From a phage: a DNA stretch of 43,319 nt. The first letter of the stretch is position 1. Each line of letters opens with the position of its first letter. Of the stretch, positions 34,258 to 43,319 are shown one piece after another. The translations under genes were made by a program, and so were the position numbers. The notes under the pieces are model-generated. The model was not told the origin of the DNA. It searched no databases and worked only from the letters and a program-made list of their open reading frames with translations. Location of the stretch: sequence record PX907400.1. One strand, written 5' to 3'.

Positions 34258-37209
34258 TTTATCTTCTAGTGCTGCCAGCCTCTTCTCGAACTCGCGCATC
34301 TTCTTACGCTGATAGGCAATCTCTATGAAGAACATCTGGTCCGCCCTAACTCCCCATCTGCCGCCGGGAGGGGATACTTGTACAGTCTGGCCATCTTCAT
34401 CAATATCATACGCAGCTTCAATTGAGTCGTAGCACAAGAAAGCATATTTACAACTGGTAGAATCTTTCTCCATAAGCCCATGGTTGACCAAGATGTCTCG
34501 CACATCTTGGGCTATCACACCGAAGTGTATCCTTGCAGTGTCACCCTTGATTGCTAGGCTTTCAAGCCACTTAAAAGATATTACATGTATATCTTCCCAT
34601 GCGGTAAGGAGTTGTCCCTCAATTTCCTCTTTGTTCGTCTTAAGTGTACCATCAGACGTGTTTATCGTACCGGTGGTCGCGTACACCGTAGTCCACCTAT
34701 TAACTGCCGAACCTAAAGACACTCGCGAGTCTAAGTAAGGAAGGAAATTGTTGTATGAGTAGAAGCCTCCTGACGCATACATAATAGCCCTGTTAGGCTT
34801 TGCATGGTTTGCCCCGTACAGTTGCAGCAACGCACCATCGGAACGGGATGCACCATCACCACCGCTAACTATCAGTCTTTGAGCCGATGGGGTTTTAGTG
34901 GGGACTGTTTTTGAAATCAGCCCGTAATCACCATCAAACCGTGCGCGCACGGCAGACTGTTGTGTACCATCGTATTCCAGCCCCGTTACATGCAGGGAGT
35001 ACACGCTTACATCATTGTCAAACGTTAAAGGTGCTTCTACATGGCGTACACCATCTACCCCCATGGCGACAGGTATTGTACGGTTAGGAGTTGCTCCGTA
35101 TTTGAAATCACGTGATACGTACGGGTGGTCTTCAATCTTTATCCGGTAGCTATATAAGTCAGCCGGATGCCCATCATGTTTGTACCATAACCTCGCACTG
35201 TTATCCCCTATGCTCCAGGGAGAGAAGAAGTCTTCCCCACCAAAGATATAGTACAACCAGCCATCTTTAACACAGACCGAGCCGACGCCGACAGCAGAGT
35301 TAACGATATGACCCTGGTATATTTGGTCGGTAATATTAAACCACTGAACATCATCTAAAGATGAAGGCCAGGACGACACATTAACTTTGCACATAAAGGT
35401 CCTCGGATACGAACCTTCATAGCGGCTGTCCTGCTCGCCACCTTCCCACTCACCAAAGGCACGTTCTGTACCAAAGATGTAGAGATAGTCACCTACTTTA
35501 GCGAACGGAAGATTGGAGTGATGTACATTGTTCGGAAATCGCAAGTAGCTCCAGTTTTGCCCAGAATCGGTGCTCATCGCCAGTGTAGAGCCAGGGGAAG
35601 TGGGTAATGTGCCGCGTGTGGTAAGGTATAACACACCACCATAACTTTTCACACACGGCTCAGAAGCGTTATCAGCGTATGCCTGAGCGACAGTGCGACG
35701 AACGAATACGCCAGGATTGTCATACACGTTACTAAAATACAAGACACCGAGACGCCTAGGGGACACATCGCCGTTGTGATAGCCGACAGCGATAGTGTAG
35801 TTAACATCATCTATAGCCGCAAAACTATGTGTCTCCGTGACACACAAATCAGCGTTAGGGGAGTATGCTACCCCAGGCAATTCGGTAATTTCCCACGGGC
35901 TGTCCCAGAATCGCGTTGCGAAGTTCCAGGTAACACCCGCATTGTTTATGGTGGAACTCGCCGGGCTTGAGAGCGTAACAGTGAACGTATTTCGGTTAAT
36001 TATAGACGAAACCGTCATATTACCCGATACGCCAGTTGCCGATGTATTAGAGAAGTTAACCGCATCTCCTGCTTTTAGGCCATGATTTTCTATGACAATG
36101 GTAGCAGTAGTGGAGCCAGAACTAATAGTTATTCCGCCGGTTGGGTGTCTAAAATACGGCATTGGGCGTGACCAAAGTTCTGCCTTCTTCATCCGCATAT
36201 TAGATAAGTAGCGGGTTTCTATAACTGCATATAATCGGTTGCCGCACGTACCCATGCTCATGCAGTGGTAGTTAACTCTGTCCGTAGGAACACTAGCATT
36301 ATAGTCAGCATGGATTGGAGTCAACCACTCAGGCATTGACCAAGTCTGCCCGTCGTCTCCAGAGCGAACCCAAGCTACATGTAAGTTTTGAACACCATGT
36401 CGTTCGCCCGCCATAAACGGGGCGTAAATAACATGGTCGTAGACGAAAGTTTTATCCTGCGTCCATGCGTTGTAGAACGGGGCATCCGTCACCTTAGTTA
36501 GTGAGCCGTTAAAGAAGCCATCAGCTACATAAGTAAGCGGTTGCCCGGCTACGCGCTCGTAAACGAATGCAGCATTCTTAAATTTACTAATGTCAGGTAA
36601 TTGGGAAACTTTATAAGTCAAACCCCTGCCGTCTATAATCCAATTGTTGGGGGAAGCTGCTAATACATTAAAAATAGATTGAGTATCATCAGTTACGCCG
36701 TCACCCACGGCGCCCCATGCGCGCGGGTCGTATTCGTCCTTCCATCGCGCCACATGTAAATCTGGGTACAGAATTGCACCGTTTACATCAGATATTTGCT
36801 GCCGCAGTATGACCGACCCGACAGGCTGCCACGCCCCATCTGCCACGCCACCGGTGGACTGCGGAGAAGATGACGCCGGGATAATTTTTGGTAGAGCACC
36901 CAACCAATAGTACCAATCCCCGTCACCGCCAGAGGACGACGGCCACAAAACTGCGGTGTTTCGGTCGTTAGCGGATAGTGTACCGCCTGACGTGAAATCA
37001 AAATCTGCCAGTTTAAAACCAGCATCACGCAACACGGCAGGTAACGTCTTCTGGGTCTGTCCAGTAACCTGATTTGTCGCGTAATCAATATCGGCACCAC
37101 CGGCGACACCGCCGGATTTGCCAGTGATAACCTCGGCCTCGAAAATCTGATGTTTCTTGGCGGTTTGTAAATCCGCCAGGCTTAAAACGTCACCGCATCC
37201 GCTTGACAT
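34249..37209 (-). CDS. tailspike with sialidase-like Asp-box beta-propeller and C-terminal intramolecular chaperone (peptidase S74-like)
   Basis: Asp-boxes SGDDGQTWS and STDSGQNWS; C-terminal SDGTLK cleavage-type motif and chaperone-like tail; AGAGGA Shine-Dalgarno. Confidence 0.7.
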   Translation of the reverse strand: MSSGCGDVLSLADLQTAKKHQIFEAEVITGKSGGVAGGADIDYATNQVTGQTQKTLPAVLRDAGFKLADFDFTSGGTLSANDRNTAVLWPSSSGGDGDWYYWLGALPKIIPASSSPQSTGGVADGAWQPVGSVILRQQISDVNGAILYPDLHVARWKDEYDPRAWGAVGDGVTDDTQSIFNVLAASPNNWIIDGRGLTYKVSQLPDISKFKNAAFVYERVAGQPLTYVADGFFNGSLTKVTDAPFYNAWTQDKTFVYDHVIYAPFMAGERHGVQNLHVAWVRSGDDGQTWSMPEWLTPIHADYNASVPTDRVNYHCMSMGTCGNRLYAVIETRYLSNMRMKKAELWSRPMPYFRHPTGGITISSGSTTATIVIENHGLKAGDAVNFSNTSATGVSGNMTVSSIINRNTFTVTLSSPASSTINNAGVTWNFATRFWDSPWEITELPGVAYSPNADLCVTETHSFAAIDDVNYTIAVGYHNGDVSPRRLGVLYFSNVYDNPGVFVRRTVAQAYADNASEPCVKSYGGVLYLTTRGTLPTSPGSTLAMSTDSGQNWSYLRFPNNVHHSNLPFAKVGDYLYIFGTERAFGEWEGGEQDSRYEGSYPRTFMCKVNVSSWPSSLDDVQWFNITDQIYQGHIVNSAVGVGSVCVKDGWLYYIFGGEDFFSPWSIGDNSARLWYKHDGHPADLYSYRIKIEDHPYVSRDFKYGATPNRTIPVAMGVDGVRHVEAPLTFDNDVSVYSLHVTGLEYDGTQQSAVRARFDGDYGLISKTVPTKTPSAQRLIVSGGDGASRSDGALLQLYGANHAKPNRAIMYASGGFYSYNNFLPYLDSRVSLGSAVNRWTTVYATTGTINTSDGTLKTNKEEIEGQLLTAWEDIHVISFKWLESLAIKGDTARIHFGVIAQDVRDILVNHGLMEKDSTSCKYAFLCYDSIEAAYDIDEDGQTVQVSPPGGRWGVRADQMFFIEIAYQRKKMREFEKRLAALEDKEN

Positions 37210-37221
37210 ATAGAGTCCTCT

Positions 37222-39777
37222 TTAATTAAAACCATTGCTGAATCCGTCGGAGAAACCGCTGCCGTATGGCGCGACGCCGTCGTATTTGTAGAATCCGTCG
37301 TCATAGTTGTAGCCAGTAATCTTGACCGTGCGGTCGTCGCCAGGGTCGATTGAAGAAACAACTATCTTCTGAGCATTATGCCTTGCTTCGTTGCCGAATG
37401 AAAACTCAGTTTTTAGTGCGCTATTCCCCGTGTAGATTGCTTCTTCCGGCGCGGAGAGCATAATCACTTCGCGGTCGTGGCTTCCTTTGATAACGGAGAT
37501 ACTCTGTACAGAGCCATCGCGCTTCTTGAGGATGATGGAGTGGTCATCACCCGGAGTAAACGTAACCGGCTGTGACAGTGTCAGCGTAAGCCCATTAACG
37601 GCAGCAACATAGCCGTCCTGTGGCGCAATACGCGAGCCTTTAACTACGCTGATTACACCGCCTGGAGTAGCGAGCGCACCTTCTTCGGTAGCTTCAAACT
37701 CTACGACAACTTTACTTAACGCATTGCGCTGATAGCGACGCCACGCCAGCCAATACGCCTGCTGATAGTTACGTACGCCCTTCGATTCGTATTCCTCTGT
37801 ATTTGCCCCGAGTTCTTCCGGGATGTAAATCGTTTCCCGTACGTTAGTATCCGGGTCGATGTATGAGAACGACAGGCTATCGTAGGTTGTCGAATCGTTG
37901 AACGTGCGGGTCCATTTCTCGGTACCGGTAGTTTTGCTGCGGTGGGTGAACACCATTTCAGGCCCCGCGACAGGACGGTCGAATCGCAGCATAATATCCG
38001 CACCTTTACGGTACGCAGTACAGAAAACGGCTTCCGCTATGGTCTGGACGATGTCCTGCATGGTTGTGTCATAGTCGTCGAACGTGTAGCAGAATTGCCC
38101 TGCTAATTCACTTCCGAAATAGGACTCAATTTCTTCCTGCACAGCAAGTAACTTGTCCATGTTTGCCGTTGTCAGTTCCAGATTGCCTACTGCGGGGTCG
38201 CGCGCCAGTCGAATTAGAGATTGTACGGCTTGCGTGTTCGGTGTCATTACTGTATCGAATACCCCATTGCCGAGGTATTTGTAACACATCTCGGTTGCAA
38301 TCATGCGCAGTTCCGGGTTGTCTATGCTGGCGGCACGCGGCGTCTGTTTACGGGTGCAATGTACGGTAGTTCTGTTGCCGTAGTGTGGAGTGGTGTCCAG
38401 AGACTGCCCATACAGGTTAATGAATGTTATCTCGTCGCTTACCGTACCGTCGTAGTCTTTATCGAAATTAGTTACACGACGCATACGGGCGCGGAAACGG
38501 GATGCGGTCGGCAATTGCCCGTAGATAGACGTACCGACGTAATCCGTATTGTTGCCTGTAATTGTGGCCTGTACCGTGTAAATATCGCTCAACGGGTTAC
38601 GCTGAGAATCAATCATCTGGTACTGGAGTTCCACCGTTACACTGGTGCGGTTATAGCCTCCGTCGTATTTGTAGAGGCCGTTCTGCCCGGCAACGTTAGC
38701 AAGTACCCGGTCAACCTCTCCGCGCACCATGTAATACCAGTCCGTAAGAGATACGTCATAGGTGTTGCTTGGGCCTATAAACGTATCCGAACGCTCTGTA
38801 AGTGCGTAAGTCTCTCCGTTATTAAGGTTGCCCCAGTTACCTATATCCCCGACGTACAACCGAACCTCAAAGTCGTCGACGTATAAAACTTCAAACGAGC
38901 CGTTCAGGTTAGTGACGTCCTTAACGTCGAAATTGCTCAACACTGCGACATCACCAACACTAAGAAACTCAGAAAAAGCAGAGTCGCCTGACGGATCATA
39001 GATGTAGCCAGTGTTTGAAATACGTTTAGCTGTGCCGTCGGCGCTTGGGTTAGCTCCGATGTCGTTTGGCGCTTTCAGCACAATACCGTCAACGTCGTCG
39101 TTGGAGTATGTCACATAGAGTTTCTGGTCAATGACGTCGCCGATTTGTAGTTGCGGAGATGCGGTGTTGTTCGGTGACGTATACGGCGCATATACGGCAA
39201 CAGATGAACCTGTGATGTCGCTTATCAGGGTGTCGCCCTCTGTGACGCCATCAGCCTCAATATGCAGATGTCCGCGCCCTGCGTCATAGTACGAATACTC
39301 CAGCAAAGCACCAGTGGAGTTGAACGCCTTATACGTCTGCATCAGGTCATTAGGGATTGTCTGCACAGTCCCGCAGATGTCATAGGAGCGCTCGTAAGGG
39401 CGTGGTTTGTTTGAGCGGTCTGTGAGGCTGTTATTTGGTGATGTTGTCTGGTTGTTAGTCGCCGTGTAGTTGGCGTTGGCGGCCGTGTTCAGGCCAAACA
39501 ACTTGGCGATTGGCTTAAGGATAAAACCAAACACCTTACTAACCGCACCGAGCGCCCCGCTACCCGCACCCTCAATAATGTGGTACACAGCGTCTTCATC
39601 TTTAAGCGCGTCGAAGTCGTCGGTGACATCAGTATCATCGCCAATCTCGCCCAGGTAGACGCGCACCGGCACGCCGTCCTGGATACGGTTAACGACAAAC
39701 TCCATCGGCATCCCGACGTGTTTTGTACGGTCAAAAGCGCCATCAGCGTTTCGCGTGTAGTGCAGGATTATCGCCAA
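37222..39777 (-). CDS. tail tip / host specificity protein (gpJ-like)
   Basis: 851 aa ORF after the NlpC/P60 gene in lambda-like order; TTG start with GGAG Shine-Dalgarno. Confidence 0.5.
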   Translation of the reverse strand: MAIILHYTRNADGAFDRTKHVGMPMEFVVNRIQDGVPVRVYLGEIGDDTDVTDDFDALKDEDAVYHIIEGAGSGALGAVSKVFGFILKPIAKLFGLNTAANANYTATNNQTTSPNNSLTDRSNKPRPYERSYDICGTVQTIPNDLMQTYKAFNSTGALLEYSYYDAGRGHLHIEADGVTEGDTLISDITGSSVAVYAPYTSPNNTASPQLQIGDVIDQKLYVTYSNDDVDGIVLKAPNDIGANPSADGTAKRISNTGYIYDPSGDSAFSEFLSVGDVAVLSNFDVKDVTNLNGSFEVLYVDDFEVRLYVGDIGNWGNLNNGETYALTERSDTFIGPSNTYDVSLTDWYYMVRGEVDRVLANVAGQNGLYKYDGGYNRTSVTVELQYQMIDSQRNPLSDIYTVQATITGNNTDYVGTSIYGQLPTASRFRARMRRVTNFDKDYDGTVSDEITFINLYGQSLDTTPHYGNRTTVHCTRKQTPRAASIDNPELRMIATEMCYKYLGNGVFDTVMTPNTQAVQSLIRLARDPAVGNLELTTANMDKLLAVQEEIESYFGSELAGQFCYTFDDYDTTMQDIVQTIAEAVFCTAYRKGADIMLRFDRPVAGPEMVFTHRSKTTGTEKWTRTFNDSTTYDSLSFSYIDPDTNVRETIYIPEELGANTEEYESKGVRNYQQAYWLAWRRYQRNALSKVVVEFEATEEGALATPGGVISVVKGSRIAPQDGYVAAVNGLTLTLSQPVTFTPGDDHSIILKKRDGSVQSISVIKGSHDREVIMLSAPEEAIYTGNSALKTEFSFGNEARHNAQKIVVSSIDPGDDRTVKITGYNYDDGFYKYDGVAPYGSGFSDGFSNGFN

Positions 39778-40133
39778 AATTCAATCTCCGTGTACGTGTC
39801 TCTGAGGTCCGCCAGCCTGTCAAGCCGTACCTGACGGGAAGCAAGCTCGCAATGGCTAACCATCCCGTCGAAGTATACTCCTGCATGCCACACGATACGA
39901 CCACCACGGCGATACCCCATAAGCACCGCACAGAAGTTTTCAGGCTTATCAATTTTTGTAAGCCCCTTCGTGTTGCGATGCCCTTCGTCAAACGCGTCGT
40001 TAATTGCCGTTGGGCTTGTAACATCGAAAGCCGGGGTTTCTAACCCGGCGTCCGCACGTACAATGCGCACGTGATGCCAGCAATTGCGTTTGCGAAAGTC
40101 GTAAGGTATTCCCGTGTAGTCGTTAATATTCAT
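39768..40133 (-). CDS. NlpC/P60-like tail assembly protein (gpK-like)
   Basis: Catalytic-type NCWHH and WHAGVY motifs. Confidence 0.5.
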   Translation of the reverse strand: MNINDYTGIPYDFRKRNCWHHVRIVRADAGLETPAFDVTSPTAINDAFDEGHRNTKGLTKIDKPENFCAVLMGYRRGGRIVWHAGVYFDGMVSHCELASRQVRLDRLADLRDTYTEIEFWR

Positions 40134-40645
40134 GTGGTCAACAGGCCGCGTAATAACGGTATCTCTTTAGGTGTCATCAGTATACCAGTGCTTCGTTGGT
40201 TCAGCATAGGCGTACCAACATCCGCAGAGAACTCGCCTTTCTCCTGGTTAATGGCCTGCAACTCGTACACGACAGGACCGTCAGCGGGATAAGACAGGTC
40301 GGTGCTGACATAACGGCGGAAGACGAACTTCGGCAACTCGGTGTTACTCATCGGGATTTTATCCATCTCATCATCCAGTTGATTGAGAATATCCGGTAAA
40401 GTAAACGAGGTCGTCTGGTCCATATCACTGTTGTTAGCGGCACCCGACGCCTCCATCGGGGTAGGTTCGAACGTGATTGTTTCGCCCGTCTCCAGTGTTG
40501 CCGTAAGTTCCTGCAGCCCGCGCACAAGATAGTACGTCTTCGATAGCAACGGGTGACTGATTTGCAACGTGATGTAGTCCATCTCGCCGTCGGGATTTGA
40601 GGCCAGCTTACGGCGATAGGCTGCTTCTACTGATTCCTGACTCAT
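40130..40645 (-). CDS. minor tail protein
   Basis: ATG 40645 overlaps the upstream stop (track gives TTG at 40660). Confidence 0.45.
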   Translation of the reverse strand: MSQESVEAAYRRKLASNPDGEMDYITLQISHPLLSKTYYLVRGLQELTATLETGETITFEPTPMEASGAANNSDMDQTTSFTLPDILNQLDDEMDKIPMSNTELPKFVFRRYVSTDLSYPADGPVVYELQAINQEKGEFSADVGTPMLNQRSTGILMTPKEIPLLRGLLTT

Positions 40646-41142
40646 TGCATCGGGTCCCAAATTCGTGGAAACGTTGATTGTGCAGTTCCGTAGGCTTTAA
40701 GGAAACACCCCAGCCCGTCACCATAGCAACCGTACAAATCTGGCAGATTGTTAATCAGGCACTGGTTCTCAAGGTCCTGGAACGGCGATTTCTCGGCGGT
40801 TGCCGTGAAGGTGATTGTCCAGTTAATCCCGTCTTCGGTGGACTCGGCGATAGTGGACGTAATGGTTACCTGATAATCTTCGATGCCCATGCCGAAGTCG
40901 TGCGCCATCCAGAAACTTGACGCACCGCCGTCTACTTTTTCGAGGAACGACAGAAACGCCTGTCGCCCCATTGCGGATGTAATCAGGGTTACGCTAACAG
41001 GGAACACGTCGTAATACGTGTCACGGCCCTGACGCACCCCGCCACCGGCTAAATCTACACTCCAGACGTTGTTACGTCTGGTCATTGAGTAGCCTTTCGA
41101 TACAATTGGCTTAAGGCTACGTGGGAAATATAAGTCGCTCAT
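40642..41142 (-). CDS. minor tail protein
   Basis: 166 aa immediately after the tape measure gene. Confidence 0.45.
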   Translation of the reverse strand: MSDLYFPRSLKPIVSKGYSMTRRNNVWSVDLAGGGVRQGRDTYYDVFPVSVTLITSAMGRQAFLSFLEKVDGGASSFWMAHDFGMGIEDYQVTITSTIAESTEDGINWTITFTATAEKSPFQDLENQCLINNLPDLYGCYGDGLGCFLKAYGTAQSTFPRIWDPMQ

Positions 41143-43319
41143 TATTTAAACCCCGGCGCATTTCTTGTGGCTTTGCGGGCCTTGCTAATCTTGCTGTTGC
41201 TGTTCTGCAAAGAGGCAGCCACCTGCTCCTCGATGATGATTCGCAAACGGCCTTCATCATCTTGCTCAGTGGATACGTTGCCGATTTGAGAACTCGTGTT
41301 GTTTACGATAGTAACATTAGACGGGCCGGAAGAAGACCCGTTTTGCCCCATAATTTCTTTCATCTGCTGTGCTGTGCGAACACGAGATGCGCCAGCCGGC
41401 ATAATAACTTCTGGTTTACCGCGTTCTGCGATGGTGGAAGCCTGCCCTGCGGATAACTGTCCGCCCTGTTCACGCGCGGACCGGATAGCGGAAACCTGCG
41501 CCATACCTGCACCAACGGCAGCGGCAGCGGCTACAGGGGCCAGGAACGGGCCAACTACAGGGATAGCTGCCGTTGACTTGTACGCCTCAATAGCTGCGGT
41601 GTACGTGGCGATAGTGGCCTGTACGATAGCGAATGCCTTGTACGCGCCAGAAGCCTCACCCAACGCAGACCCGATGTTTGAGGCCATGTTACCAAAGGCC
41701 GTTGCCGTTGCATCGGCACGTTTGGTTGCGTATTGCTCGTTGATGGCGTTAAGAGCGGCCTGATACTGCTTCTCGCTAATCAAACCCTGCTCGCGGTACT
41801 TATCCGCTACCGCCAGTTTCTGCTGTTCCTGGATGTCGAGAAGCTCAAGCTCAGTAGCGTTCTGACCCATAATCTGAGCCATGAAGTCGTCGCCTTTCTG
41901 CTGCTTTTCCTGGGCTTCTTTCTGGCGTTTATCCAGTTCATCTTGTCGTTTTTGCCCGGCTTCGAGGACGATAGCTGTTTTAGCCTGTTCGTATTCTTTC
42001 AGCGACAGCGCGCCCTGGCTGTAGAACTCTTTTGCCTTAGCCAGTTTCTGCTGTTCCTGCGCGTCGATAGCCTTTAACTCATCGTTGTTCTGGCGAGCCA
42101 AAGTGTCGAGGTAATCCTGCGCCTGATTCCGCAATTGTTCTGCTTTCTTGGCGGCGGCTTTTGCTGCTTTATCGTCGGTGTTTCCTGCCCCGCCAGTTCC
42201 GCCCTTTTTATTAACAAGACTGGCTAAGTCAATTTCTTGCTTCTTGCGCTCGTCGTACTGCTTGCGCTGTTCCTCAATTTCTTTCTTACGCTGCTTAGAC
42301 CTGTTGGTAATGGCCTGTGATTCTGCCTCTGCGCGTTTTATGCTAGCGGCGTACGCGGCGTCGGCCTCTGCGGTCAGGTTTTTAAATGTTAGCGCCGCCG
42401 TTTTGCTCGGGTCAAACACGTCGGCAAGGGTCTGCCCTAACGCTACAGCGTAATCGTCGATGCGCTGGAACCACGCAATAACCTCGTGAAATGTCTGCTG
42501 GATGTCCGGCAACCACTCACGGATGGCATCCGGTATAGTCCCCAGCGAGTCAGACATATCAACGGATTTGTCCTCGGTATCGAATGCCAGGTCATTCAGG
42601 GCGTCAGAAATAAACTTGAACGATTCATTGAACAGTGTCACCCAATCCTGGAGCGTGGCGGCTATCTCATTAGACGCGATGGCGTCGGTAAGCGCCGTGA
42701 TAGCGTCTTCCGCTGTGGCCGCTTGCTCACCTACGGCGTCGCCAAAACCAGACTGCGCCACCGCAAGAACAAGACCGTCGAAGGAGTCGGCGAGGCTCGA
42801 TAACTGGCCGTCTAGCGTCTTAGAGCGCGTCTCCATCGCCCCGGCAAAATCGGTGTTGCCGATATTCAGGAGGTATTTCTGAATCTCTTCGGAGTTCTTC
42901 TTAACCGTGGTCGTTACGCCGCGGAACGTGAACGAAACTGTATCTGCCTGTTGCGACGACTTGATGCCGAACTCTTTTAAGCGCTCAAATTCAAATGTAC
43001 TGGCGTCGGCAACTGCCTCAATCATCTGATTAAGGTCTTTACCCATAGCCGCCGCGGTGTTGCCGTAGGAGATTAACGCCTCTTTGCTGGGGTTCAGACC
43101 GAGCGCAACGAGCTTGGTAAACCCCTCTACCGCCTGATTGAGACCGTACGGGGTCTCTTTTGCAAACTGTTGCAGGACGCTGAAAGCCTTAGCCGCGTTC
43201 TCGGCGCTCCCGGTCATCGTGATGAGGCCGGAGTTCAGCTTATCGAAGTTTCGCTGGGAATCCACCAGCGCGCTGAACACCTGCTTAGCGGTTTCCAGAC
43301 TGACAACGGCGGCGGCGGC
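41142..43319 (-). CDS. tail tape measure protein, C-terminal ~725 codons (5' end lies at 1..99)
   Basis: Long Ala/Gln/Lys-rich helical protein upstream of the minor tail genes; frame stays open past the track start 43280 to the window end. Confidence 0.7.
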   Translation of the reverse strand, partial: AAAAVVSLETAKQVFSALVDSQRNFDKLNSGLITMTGSAENAAKAFSVLQQFAKETPYGLNQAVEGFTKLVALGLNPSKEALISYGNTAAAMGKDLNQMIEAVADASTFEFERLKEFGIKSSQQADTVSFTFRGVTTTVKKNSEEIQKYLLNIGNTDFAGAMETRSKTLDGQLSSLADSFDGLVLAVAQSGFGDAVGEQAATAEDAITALTDAIASNEIAATLQDWVTLFNESFKFISDALNDLAFDTEDKSVDMSDSLGTIPDAIREWLPDIQQTFHEVIAWFQRIDDYAVALGQTLADVFDPSKTAALTFKNLTAEADAAYAASIKRAEAESQAITNRSKQRKKEIEEQRKQYDERKKQEIDLASLVNKKGGTGGAGNTDDKAAKAAAKKAEQLRNQAQDYLDTLARQNNDELKAIDAQEQQKLAKAKEFYSQGALSLKEYEQAKTAIVLEAGQKRQDELDKRQKEAQEKQQKGDDFMAQIMGQNATELELLDIQEQQKLAVADKYREQGLISEKQYQAALNAINEQYATKRADATATAFGNMASNIGSALGEASGAYKAFAIVQATIATYTAAIEAYKSTAAIPVVGPFLAPVAAAAAVGAGMAQVSAIRSAREQGGQLSAGQASTIAERGKPEVIMPAGASRVRTAQQMKEIMGQNGSSSGPSNVTIVNNTSSQIGNVSTEQDDEGRLRIIIEEQVAASLQNSNSKISKARKATRNAPGFK

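Noticed and set aside
1-43319. CRISPR array, integrase/attachment site, or diversity-generating retroelement
   Set aside because: Repeats found are short promoter/operator copies, not spacer-separated arrays; no tyrosine or serine recombinase and no reverse transcriptase ORF was seen.

Overview
The window reads as a complete, circularly permuted genome (43,319 bp) of a tailed dsDNA phage with siphovirus-type gene order; the two window ends are contiguous inside the tape-measure gene. No integrase was found. The minus strand carries the late module (terminase small and large subunits, portal, Mu F-like head morphogenesis protein, scaffold, major capsid, neck proteins, major tail protein, tail chaperones, tape measure, minor tail proteins, tail tip protein, tailspike) and a block of small early genes plus holin and endolysin. 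The plus strand carries the replication and recombination module (AlpA-like regulator, primase-helicase, Cas4-like nuclease, SSB-like protein, family A DNA polymerase, VRR-NUC, C5-cytosine methyltransferase, SNF2 helicase). The most interesting observations are: (1) a plus-strand cassette (Imm-like protein, HTH-metallophosphoesterase, Pnk-like HAD phosphatase, dNMP-kinase-like kinase) inserted inside the tail module; (2) a duplicated promoter plus conserved ~110-nt leader/sRNA-like element with a covarying hairpin; (3) a family of at least 7 promoters sharing an AATAG-N4-CTATT operator; (4) a methyltransferase gene whose conserved motifs lie in two reading frames; (5) a G/GT-type -1 frameshift arrangement; (6) Rz/Rz1 spanins placed inside the head module. 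All calls are from reading the sequence and recalled motifs; no database search was run.
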